From assembly GCA_963710755.1 (NCBI GenBank), contig CAVQBK010000003.1, forward strand, positions 384,001 to 448,000: DNA of 64,000 nt, read 5' to 3'. The stretch comes from an uncultured bacterium. GTDB taxonomy: Bacteria; Oederibacteriota; JAAXVQ01; JAUVAV01. Below the pieces are notes generated by a model. The model was not told where the DNA came from. It did no database searches and was given only the letters and a program-made list of their open reading frames with translations. The first letter of the stretch is position 1. Every line of letters begins with the position of its first letter. Shown here in pieces: positions 19,619 through 28,832 of this stretch. Both the position numbers and the translations under genes were made by a program.

Positions 19619-20975
19619 GTGATGATGAATCCCGACAAACTCCGTACTAATGTGATGTCAGCGTTTATCCTTTTCGGCCTATTTTTTCTGATGGTCGGGG
19701 TGGTGGTTGGCGTTTATGCCAACTTCATCCAGCCGGACAGTATGGGTTCCGCGAGCAAGCTCGTTCCCCTAGCGTTTATGGGGTTTGGCTTGCTCTTCGG
19801 CGGCTTAGGCTGGGTAGAAATCAAAGCTGATCAACGCACCCTGGATAAAATGCGTGCCTTTTTGCTCACGCAGGAGAAATCTAATGCAACCGCCCCTAGT
19901 GCTTTTGAGCCCCTGACGCACCAGGAAAATGGCAATTATCTGATGGGCATAGTGCTGACCTTTGTGGGACTAGGGTTGATGGGGGCTGCGGGCAGTACCC
20001 TACACAGCCAATGGCAGCAGGGTGTTCATGCAGACCTTGTGCCTCCGCTGATGAGTGTGCTTCTGTTATTTGGGCTGGCCCTGTTGTTTTTTGCCCAGCA
20101 GGATTTTTACAGCACCAGGGTCACTGTGTCACCGCAAGGCATAAGTTACCGCAAGAAGGCCCTGATCGGCGCGGCGGAATGGCAGGAACCTTTGAGCCGT
20201 TATATTGGCATTAGAAAAGAGTATTTGGACATTCGCACCAGAAGGCGGGTGGAAAGGACTTTTGTCTTTTATTTAATTCATGAACGCCTTCACGCCAAAA
20301 CCGTGGTCATTGGGGCGGCCAGTCTGGTCAATTTGGAGATTCTCCTGCGTCATGGACAAGAGCGCCAACCTTTGGAAGCCTTGGCCAAGATGCTACAGCT
20401 TCCGATCGTGGAAGAAGCAGCTTCCGGCGGATTCTCAGCGCGCTATCCCCAGGATCTGGACAGCTCCGTGCAGGAGCAGCAATGGGCAGGCACCCTTAAA
20501 CGCAGCGGTATTTCAAAGGGGCACATTCCCCGGTAAGCGCATTCAATTAAAGGAAACCGTCTCTGCCCTCATTGCCTCTCAGAGCGGCAAGGGCTCGCTT
20601 TGGCTAGCCCTGGTGTTTCTGATCGGCGGAGGCGCAGCAGCCTATTTGCTCAAAGCCGTGGAGATTATTATACCCTGTGGCATGATGGGGTTAATTTTAT
20701 TGGTGGTTTCCTTTTTGGGTTTCCAGATGACCGTGGATAAACAAACCGTGGCGGTGGGCATGACCTGGATGAATAAAGAGCTCGATCGTACAGTGATCGC
20801 GTTTAAAGATATAGAAGAGATTAAAATCATGCGGGATCCGAATCGCAACCGGGCGCTGACTCTGGCCGTGGTTTCCGATAGCGCCACTCTTATGTTTGGG
20901 CAGGGCGGCAGCAAGGAAGAATTGGAATGGCTGCAGGACCGCCTGCTGGCGGAAACGGCGAAAACCGCCTCCTAA
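19619..20975 (+). pseudogene. membrane protein with bacterial-PH-like domains, split by a frameshift near 20500-20535
   Basis: ORF 19619..20536 ends while the overlapping frame continues with TM pairs and a PH-like tail (IAFKDIEEIKI...ELEWLQDRL). No convincing start exists for a second gene. Confidence 0.6.
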
Positions 20976-21028
20976 GCCCGCAAAGGCGCCAATAAAAGCA
21001 AATTAAATGTAGAATAAATGCTCTTTCT

Positions 21029-21113
21029 CACGCTAAGTCGCGAAGGATGCAAAGGTAAAAAGCTTATGACGCTTGGTTGGTCCTTCTTTGCGCCTTGGTG
21101 TCCTTTGCGTGAG
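21029..21113. repeat. REP-like palindromic element (CACGCtAAG...CTTTGCGTG type)
   Basis: CACGCTAAGTCGCGAAGGATGCAAAG ... CTTTGCGCCTTGGTGTCCTTTGCGTG, imperfect inverted arms. Confidence 0.55.
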
Positions 21114-21159
21114 CTATTAATGATCTTCTGCATATAAAATCAGTAGCTGGCACCGTATA

Positions 21160-21969
21160 TCCTCGTTATCTTCCCTTTTTTGACACGGCAAAACCAAAGA
21201 TAGACAGCACATTAACTATTCTGCATATGCCATGGCCGTTCGATCCAATTGTATCAGCCGCCAAGTTGGAGCCATTATTGTTAATGATGATGGCTATATT
21301 GTGAGTGCGGGTTGGAATGACGTGGAGGAAGGGCAGCTTGTTTGTGGTTTGTTAATTCTGGATGACTTATCCGATTTCTCAACGCTCGTAAGTTAGGCCA
21401 AAATATTTAATGGGGCCAAAGATTCCAAAGAAGTTGTAAAGGGATTATTGGATTATAAAAGCGAATGTCACAAATTCAGTTTTTGTTTTAAAGATGCCTA
21501 TTACCGGAAAAGAGCAATGAAAAAAGTGATAAAATTATGGAAATGATAAAAAAATAGATGTTTCCGGGGGGCCTGACTTGTCTGAAGAGTTAAAAAAATG
21601 AAACTTGTTAAAAAAATGGATTTCTGCCGGGTCTTGCACGCGGAAGAAAATGCAATTATTCAATCTGCTCTGACCGGCAGTATAAGCCTGGAAAATTTCC
21701 GGATTTATTCCACTTATTTCCCAAATAACCTATGCGCCAAGATGATTATCCAAGTCGGCATCGGGGAAGTGATTTATTGGGAGCCTTATCCGGAGATCAT
21801 TGGAGAAGAATTATTTTTTAAAGAGACCTTTAAGGATATTAAAAGAACCCAGTATGAAGGCGTCATGCCTGCGGCCTATTTCAGATTGTTCAAGCCATTG
21901 CAGAATAAAAAAGATGCGCAGGAATGCCGGAAAAAGTATAAGAAACAAACCCGGAAGCCCCACAATTAG
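21160..21969 (+). pseudogene. AvcD-like anti-phage dCTP/dCMP deaminase remnant
   Basis: Fragments AYAMAVRSNCISRQVGAIIVNDDGYIVSAGWND, FCFKDAY, RVLHAEENAI and YFPNNLCAKMIIQVGI (first Cys of PCxxC lost), separated by stops and frameshifts. Confidence 0.75.
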
Positions 21970-21978
21970 AATTCGATT

Positions 21979-22133
21979 TCAATTCATCTTCAGATATCCC
22001 TCTATAATCTTGGCCACCAGCCAGGAAATAGAGCGTTCCTGATCTTCAGCCAACTTCCGAAGCGCTTTCTTGGAATCCTTTGAAATCCGGACTCCGATTA
22101 ATTCTGTTTTAATTGAGATTTATTTGTTTTCAT
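21979..22133 (-). pseudogene. ribbon-helix-helix (CopG/Arc-like) gene, frameshifted
   Basis: KTELIGVRISKDSKKALRKLAEDQERSISWLVAKIIEGYLK; the upstream ATG at 22133 is out of frame. Confidence 0.65.
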
Positions 22134-22610
22134 GGGCTTGTATTTACAAAAAGTTACACACCGGCACAACATGTTAATAATGTTAACGATATTAATAAAC
22201 AGGCGCGTCCCACTTTAATTATAATGATTATCCGACAAGGAGACTATGATATGCAATTGCTTCGATCATCCCTGTCCATGATCCTGGGAGTTGATCGACT
22301 GGATGTCCATATTTTGCATCTGGCTTTGCATAAATATAAAAACCAATTAAAAAGAGCACCTGCTATTTGTAGACAAAAACCATAATACGAACGTCTCAGT
22401 CGCCTGATGGTCCTAGTGGATTTGATGATGTAAAAAATGATTTGTCCACAAAAAGGACTTGAAGGCAAAGCCCGTTAGCCAGTTGAGGGGTGCAGGAGCC
22501 GGCAACGGCGGGTGCGAATGGCGAATGGAAAAAATGATCGCGTCTTCACTTTATTTGTAATAAAGCAAGGGTATAAGCTATCCTATAAGAAACAAAAGAA
22601 AGGAATTGTT

Positions 22611-23858
22611 ATGAGCAAAAGCTGGTTGGCCTTTTTGGGTGTGCTGCTCTTCTTGCCCACGCTGTGCATGGGCGATGTATTAATATTTAAGTACGGATTT
22701 TATATGGATAATATTGTTTGCGTTGACGTTAAGCCAACATTTGACGGACGTATTTATTATTTCAAAGATGGCGCGACTAACAAGTTCTTTTCATTAAATG
22801 AAGCGTATATCAAAAATCTAAGCAGTGAAAAGCCGGATGTGCAAAATTTGATTCCTTTGACTCTGGATACACTTGCCACTTACATCAACTTGGCCAAGGC
22901 CAAAGATGAGGAGCACCTCCCAAAGCCGTCCGCAATCGCCGGACAGGGAACTGCCGAACAAAACCTTGCTGAAAAAAAGGAGGACCGCCAGGCCTCCTCC
23001 AATAGCACGCCACCAGAAAATACTTCCGGAAAAAATAGCAAGGCCTCGGAAGCAACAGGGTTTCTAACCCGCACTTATGCCATGGGTCATACCTCAATAG
23101 CGGTTAATGACAATCTCAATAGTGTTATAGGCAATCCGGCTGGTATTGGTCCAATCAGCACCTTGGACATTGGGCTGGCCTATGGAGCCATTTTGGAATA
23201 CAATTATCAACAACCGCCCAAGCCCCTGGATACCAAAAGCCTATCCGTGGCGTTCCCTATTATTAAAGCCATCAATGTAGGCATCGCCCTTGCGGAGATT
23301 AAAAAATTCTACAACTTCTATTACCTTATTCCTGGTTACAATGACCCGAATCTGTATACTCACTATTATTCTTCCATACAAACGGTGGTTGGACTCAGTT
23401 TTAAACCCAATGACTTCATCACTGTGGGGATTAGCAACGGCTCCTTTGAAAACGCATCCAATTTTACAGCTGGGCTGATGATTACGCCTGCTACGGTTTG
23501 GCGCCTTGGTATTATTTGGAAAGAATTTGACGATTATGGCATGCCCGGTATTGGCCTGGCCTATCATTTTAAAAACACTGAGTTGGGTTTTAACGGCTTG
23601 GCGACCACCGAGGTGCAAACCAGAACCAGCGATAACTATTTACAATTTAACCTGGGGAGTGAATTGGAGATTAGGAACTTCTTTGTTTTGAGAGCGGGAT
23701 TCTACTCGAAAAGATCCAATTCAATAGCATTCAATAACTGGCTGACCATGGGTATAGGTGTTTCTTTTCTGGATTCCACTTTGGATATAACTTTGAATCG
23801 CAGTCTGGATGAAATAAGCACAACCAGTGCTTATGCTTCATTAGGATTTGCCTTGTAA
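22611..23858 (+). CDS. PorV/FadL-like outer-membrane beta-barrel with N-terminal extension
   Basis: Signal peptide; TRTYAMGHTSIAVNDNLNSVIGNPAGI hatch motif; LRAGF, LTMGIGV, terminal SLGFAL. Confidence 0.7.
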   Translation: MSKSWLAFLGVLLFLPTLCMGDVLIFKYGFYMDNIVCVDVKPTFDGRIYYFKDGATNKFFSLNEAYIKNLSSEKPDVQNLIPLTLDTLATYINLAKAKDEEHLPKPSAIAGQGTAEQNLAEKKEDRQASSNSTPPENTSGKNSKASEATGFLTRTYAMGHTSIAVNDNLNSVIGNPAGIGPISTLDIGLAYGAILEYNYQQPPKPLDTKSLSVAFPIIKAINVGIALAEIKKFYNFYYLIPGYNDPNLYTHYYSSIQTVVGLSFKPNDFITVGISNGSFENASNFTAGLMITPATVWRLGIIWKEFDDYGMPGIGLAYHFKNTELGFNGLATTEVQTRTSDNYLQFNLGSELEIRNFFVLRAGFYSKRSNSIAFNNWLTMGIGVSFLDSTLDITLNRSLDEISTTSAYASLGFAL

Positions 23859-24007
23859 GCCTTAGTGCCGGTTAATGAATGGCCCGAAAATGTGTTGTCC
23901 GCGTGGCAATAAATGGCCGTTAAATGGCTGGCACCGTATGACCTGGCGTATTGAGTCCCTACCTCCACAAGGGCCGGAAGTAAAGAACCTTTACCGGCGC
24001 AGGGGCT

Positions 24008-25108
24008 TTATGGTGCTGATGGTGACGCTTGGTTGGTCCTGTTCTGTTGGGATTGGGGCTCCAGGCTGGCGCGGATTTTGGGCAGGCTCTGGGGATAATG
24101 CTCCTGTAAAAAAGCGACCATTTGCTCGCGCACATAGCAGCGCAGGTCCCAGGCTTGGGAAGAATTGGGCGCGCTCATCAAAGCCCTTAGCTCCATGGTC
24201 TTGTCCGTGCTGTCCGTCACCTGAAGATTCCACACTTTTTTGTCCCACAGAGGCGTGCCATCGAGAACCTTAAATAAGTGTTCCCGCACGGCTTGTACTG
24301 GCACGGTGTAATCGGTGTATAAAAAAACCGTGCCCAGCAGGTCGGCAGTCTGGCGGGTCCAGTTCTGAAAAGGCTTTTCAATAAAATAAGAGATGGGCAG
24401 CACCATACGCCTAAGATCCCAGATTCGGACCACCACATAGGTGCTGCGGATTTCTTCAATCCAGCCCCATTCGTTCTCCACAATGACCACATCATCAATG
24501 CGAATCGGCTGAGCAAAGGCGATCTGCAGCCCGGCAACCAGATTACCCAGGGTGGGCCGGGCCGCCATGCCGGCCATAATACCGATGATGCCGGCGGAAG
24601 CAAACAAGCCGGCACCCACATTGCGGATGGGCGGAAAGACCATAAGCATAAAGGCCAAGGTGATAATAATCACCCCTGCGTGCAGGAGCCGACGCAGTAC
24701 CACCACCTGGGTATTGATTTTGCGCGCCAGCAGATTGTCTGGTTCCTTTGTGGTGTGCCGGCGGATAATGAAATCACTGCCCAGGCTGACCAGGGAAGCC
24801 AGTTGCCAGCCCACAGCCAGGATCAGAGCACAGAACATCAAGCGTTGAATGATTACTTCCGGAAAATCACTGGGCATGGCCGGGGTAATTGAAATCAGAG
24901 AAGCAAAGAAAAAAAATAAAAGAATGGTGCCTGGCCTGAGCGATTGGTAAAACTCTTTTTTATTAATCAAGTCGGTTTTAAATTCCACGAACCGGTAAAG
25001 CAAGCGGCTGAGCAGACGCCGTACCAGCAGCGCCGCCACGAAGGCCAGAACCAATAATCCGCCATAGAGTAACAAGACCTGCCAATTGGCAGCGATGTAA
25101 GCCCACAT
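24008..25108 (-). CDS. mechanosensitive channel MscS family
   Basis: GMAARPTLGNLVAGLQIAFAQPIRIDDVV, IEEIRSTYVVVRIWDLRR, FQNWT. Confidence 0.93.
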   Translation of the reverse strand: MWAYIAANWQVLLLYGGLLVLAFVAALLVRRLLSRLLYRFVEFKTDLINKKEFYQSLRPGTILLFFFFASLISITPAMPSDFPEVIIQRLMFCALILAVGWQLASLVSLGSDFIIRRHTTKEPDNLLARKINTQVVVLRRLLHAGVIIITLAFMLMVFPPIRNVGAGLFASAGIIGIMAGMAARPTLGNLVAGLQIAFAQPIRIDDVVIVENEWGWIEEIRSTYVVVRIWDLRRMVLPISYFIEKPFQNWTRQTADLLGTVFLYTDYTVPVQAVREHLFKVLDGTPLWDKKVWNLQVTDSTDKTMELRALMSAPNSSQAWDLRCYVREQMVAFLQEHYPQSLPKIRASLEPQSQQNRTNQASPSAP

Positions 25109-25279
25109 AGAATCACCTCCACGGAAAGGGTTGGTGCGGCTTTATCCTAACACAACCACTCCAGGTCAACCAGTGCTCTTTATCGGTCTTTTTCGTTCAG
25201 GCCGAGCAGACCATTGCTATGAGCGATTTTTTATCTTTGGCTCCGTATGATCAAAGCTTTGAAAATATAAAAGTGCATT

Positions 25280-25402
25280 TATCCACAGATGACGCAGATT
25301 AAGCGATTAAAGCAAAAAAAACTCTGGGACGGGTCACGTACATCAAAAGCATTATTTAGATCCATAATTTTTTAAGGTTGTAATCTGTGTCATCTGCGGA
25401 TA
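25280..25402. repeat. palindromic MITE/REP-like element, copy 1
   Basis: TATCCACAGATGACGCAGATT ... AATCTGTGTCATCTGCGGATA terminal inverted arms; interior homologous to 40493..40622. Confidence 0.8.
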
Positions 25403-25619
25403 CGGATATTTTTATCCTCGGCTTGCCCATAAAATCACAATGGGGAACGTTCTTTTTGAAACAGTCCGTCGTTAAAATATTGGAATTTAAATATATAGCT
25501 TAACCGCAATGGAATCCAAAAACAGTTAAAGGTATACTTAAAAGATGATCAATTGGAGGAAGGGCAGCTTGACCTAAATCCTTCTATTTTAGAATTTTCA
25601 GAGTAGGAAAGACTATTCT

Positions 25620-28600
25620 ATGAACAAAAATCATTTTAAAAATGTCTTGCGCCTGACGGTTATGCTGCTTCTTTACAGCCTTCTTGCGCCTTCCTTTATT
25701 TGGGCCTTTAATCCGGTCAATTTGGCCACCGGACCTAATGTCATCAAGCTGGGCCGGCAGACCATTGACATCCCCCGGAAATGGGGTGCTATTCAGTCGG
25801 TCCGGATTGACGACCCCAGCCGGCCGCTGGTGGTGCTCATAGAAGATTTGCACTGTCATGCCGAGGTCCAGCAACATATTGCCGGGCTATTGGATCATCT
25901 CCGTCAACAAGGGTTGGCTCTGGTGGGATTGGAAGGTACCAGCCGGACCGTGACCGTGGACAAGCTCAGGACATTTCCCCTTCAAGCCATCAAGGCCCAG
26001 GTCGGGCGTTATCTGGTCAGGCAAGGCCGCCTCAGTGGGGCGGAACTGGCCGCCAGTCTCAGTGCTCAGCCGCTGCAGCTCCAAGGCATGGAAAATCAGG
26101 ACAGTTATGACCGCAGCTACCACCTGGCCATGAGTTTTTTAACTAATGAAACCCTGGGTTATGTCTGGGATGTGCGCGAACAGCTCAACAACCTCAAAGC
26201 CAAAGTATACCATGAGCCGCTGCTGGTTTTTGACAAAGGGCGGGAGGCGTTTAAGGCAGGCCGATGGCCATTGCGCAAGTATGGCGTCTATCTGTTACAG
26301 CAGTGCGGCGTGCATCACATTGATACCACAGGCCTGAGCGGGCTTAAGGCTTATTTGCGCCCCCTGCCCGACGCGTCCCTAAATCAGGATGACGTGCAGC
26401 CTGACCTTGCGAAGGCGGAACAGCTGATCCGGGAGCGCCTGTATAACAGCCCCGATGAGCGGCGCTTGGATCAGCAGGTGCACACCCTTGATGAAATGGA
26501 AAAATTGCTGAGCATCAGCATGAGCCCGGAAGAATGGGCCAACTGGGACGCAGCGGGCAGGGGCATTGAGGGGATCAGCGCTTATTTGGGTGATCAAGGG
26601 GCCTTGAACGGTTCACTTTTGGAGGCGGTTCAGGTCTTGAAGGAGCGTTGCCAGGCTGCCCGGGATTTTTACCGTCTGGCCTGCCAACGCAGCCGCCAGC
26701 TGGCCTTAAACATGATCCGGGCCATGCAGGCCGGACATCAGCCCCTGGCTGCTTTAATTACGGGCGGGTTTCACACCGCCCAAATTCAGCAGGCGCTAAA
26801 GGCCCGGGCGGTTAATGTGGTCACCATCCGGCCGCGCCTCACCCGGGTGGATTTGGTCAATCCCTATTGGGATATTCTCAAAGGGAAATGCACGCCCTTG
26901 GAGCGGCTTTTGGCGCAGAATCAAAAAGCCCTGGCCGTGAAGCCGGGCCTGCTGCTGCCTGAACTGCGCGACGAAATGGACGTGCTGCTCAAAGCATTGC
27001 TGGCCTTTGAGTTCAAAGGGTTGCTTAAAAAAAACATTATTCAGTTCAAAGCCAGGATTCAATCAGTGCTGAGAACTTACCCGGCCAATAATCAAGCCAT
27101 ACAATTTGATCCGGCTCACGTCAGGACCTTGCGCGCCCGCCTATTGTCCCTGCCTTTTACATTAAAAGCAAAATCTTTCTTTGTCACTGTGGGGGAACAA
27201 ACAAAAGCCCTTAAAGCCAGGGAAGTCATGTCCATCGATGGGCGGCATACGGTAAGTTATTATGACCGGAAGCCGGAAATAGCCCCCGAGCAAGCACGGC
27301 TGCTGTTTATGGCCGTACGCTGGGCAACTTATGCGATGGTGTCCCATCAATCAGTCCTGACCCAGCGAGCGTTGACCCATATGACCGGCCTGTTTGGTCT
27401 GGGATTTAACCTCAATCTGGTGGAAAGGCGGAAAAAAAGTATCCCCCATCTCCTGGCCTGGCTGAAAGCGTCAATAAACAGCTTCCTTACGAATTCCAAG
27501 ACCAATCTAAACGCGTCCTTAAATAAGGCATGGGACTTTATCAAGTGGTTACCTTCCAATGAACCAAAGGCTGTTACCATGCGCCGAACCCTGTTTATTT
27601 GGGGTGGCGTGGCTTTGATAGTAGTCCTTTTAACGGTATGGATCATGTTTAATATAAATCGGGATGGCTTTAGTTTCCTTATCAGGTCCGGGTATGAGCT
27701 CAAAACGCACCCCTGGTGGGCCATGCTGCCCATGGGGTTGGGGATGGCGGGATCCGCGAACCTATCAAGTAGGGAGCTTAGTCTGCCCAAAACGAGAGAA
27801 ACTCCTGAGACGTGGCTCTCCCAAGGCGATAGGCATAATCCCTTCTTGTTGGACCATCTTATACCGCTGTGGAACAGCCAAGATCATCCTGGTTCCAAAA
27901 ATGAGTTCATGGCTTTAATCAACTTATATAAGTCCATCCCAGAACCATTACGTATTGCAGCTGAAGAAGGGTTGAACACAGCAGCGACTTACCCTTTCGC
28001 AAGTTTCAAGGAACGTTGCCACCGGCTGCTGGAAGCTTGCCAAATCATTTCACCTGAGGTTTTGGCCGCCTATCTCAAAAAATCCACGCAAGGGGCTTCA
28101 GGATCGCTTTATGTCATGGAAACTAATGGTACCGTCATTCCGATGATTAGCGTGGCCAAGAAGCTAGGCGAGCGTCTGGCCGGGAACCATCAACGGCAAT
28201 TTATTGAAAAGATAGTTCTCCCTACCTGTGGGTTGGTGGACGGAAGCAGAGCTGATCTTGAGGCTGCCTTTCGAGAATATCAGCACTGGCCAGCACACGA
28301 TCAACAAGCTTGGGAACAAGCTCTGGCCGCAGACCGTATCCCCGCTTTCAAAGTCGCGGGCAGGTTTCTGTATAAGGATAATATCCCCAATCAAATGCGG
28401 TTTTATTTGGCCAAGCATCAAAGCGGCCAACAACCGGGGCAGTATCCCGAGCAAACGGCAGTCCTAAAAATCATTACGGCGTTACCGGCAGCGCCGTATG
28501 TCCAAGCCACACTATTCGCTTATTGGCAGCAGATGAAAAAAGTTTGGCGTCCGGCCTATGCGACCTTGTTAAGGTTACCTGCTGTTTCGCATTATTTCAG

Positions 28601-28832
28601 AGATGTGCAAACTTCTGGTATGGCCTACGGCGATTTGTCCTTGGTGCTGGTAATGGATTATATTCTTCGTTATGACATCGAGCAGCCCAATGCAGTTCAT
28701 CGCTTGTTAACCAAGGCCCGCGAAAACAAGAAACTAAAAAATTATATCCAACGCAGACTTCTGTTGCCCGGGTTTGCGCTCCATGCTCCAAAAATTCTTG
28801 CCACTGATCATGTTGAATCTCCGACAGCCTGA
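25620..28832 (+). CDS. giant protein, N-terminal part (signal peptide + DLHCH/GLEG/GGFH domain)
   Basis: 1070 aa; IEDLHCHAEVQQHI, VGLEG, GME, LITGGFHT; overlaps the next ORF, likely the same gene broken by a frameshift. Confidence 0.8.
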   Translation: MNKNHFKNVLRLTVMLLLYSLLAPSFIWAFNPVNLATGPNVIKLGRQTIDIPRKWGAIQSVRIDDPSRPLVVLIEDLHCHAEVQQHIAGLLDHLRQQGLALVGLEGTSRTVTVDKLRTFPLQAIKAQVGRYLVRQGRLSGAELAASLSAQPLQLQGMENQDSYDRSYHLAMSFLTNETLGYVWDVREQLNNLKAKVYHEPLLVFDKGREAFKAGRWPLRKYGVYLLQQCGVHHIDTTGLSGLKAYLRPLPDASLNQDDVQPDLAKAEQLIRERLYNSPDERRLDQQVHTLDEMEKLLSISMSPEEWANWDAAGRGIEGISAYLGDQGALNGSLLEAVQVLKERCQAARDFYRLACQRSRQLALNMIRAMQAGHQPLAALITGGFHTAQIQQALKARAVNVVTIRPRLTRVDLVNPYWDILKGKCTPLERLLAQNQKALAVKPGLLLPELRDEMDVLLKALLAFEFKGLLKKNIIQFKARIQSVLRTYPANNQAIQFDPAHVRTLRARLLSLPFTLKAKSFFVTVGEQTKALKAREVMSIDGRHTVSYYDRKPEIAPEQARLLFMAVRWATYAMVSHQSVLTQRALTHMTGLFGLGFNLNLVERRKKSIPHLLAWLKASINSFLTNSKTNLNASLNKAWDFIKWLPSNEPKAVTMRRTLFIWGGVALIVVLLTVWIMFNINRDGFSFLIRSGYELKTHPWWAMLPMGLGMAGSANLSSRELSLPKTRETPETWLSQGDRHNPFLLDHLIPLWNSQDHPGSKNEFMALINLYKSIPEPLRIAAEEGLNTAATYPFASFKERCHRLLEACQIISPEVLAAYLKKSTQGASGSLYVMETNGTVIPMISVAKKLGERLAGNHQRQFIEKIVLPTCGLVDGSRADLEAAFREYQHWPAHDQQAWEQALAADRIPAFKVAGRFLYKDNIPNQMRFYLAKHQSGQQPGQYPEQTAVLKIITALPAAPYVQATLFAYWQQMKKVWRPAYATLLRLPAVSHYFRDVQTSGMAYGDLSLVLVMDYILRYDIEQPNAVHRLLTKARENKKLKNYIQRRLLLPGFALHAPKILATDHVESPTA

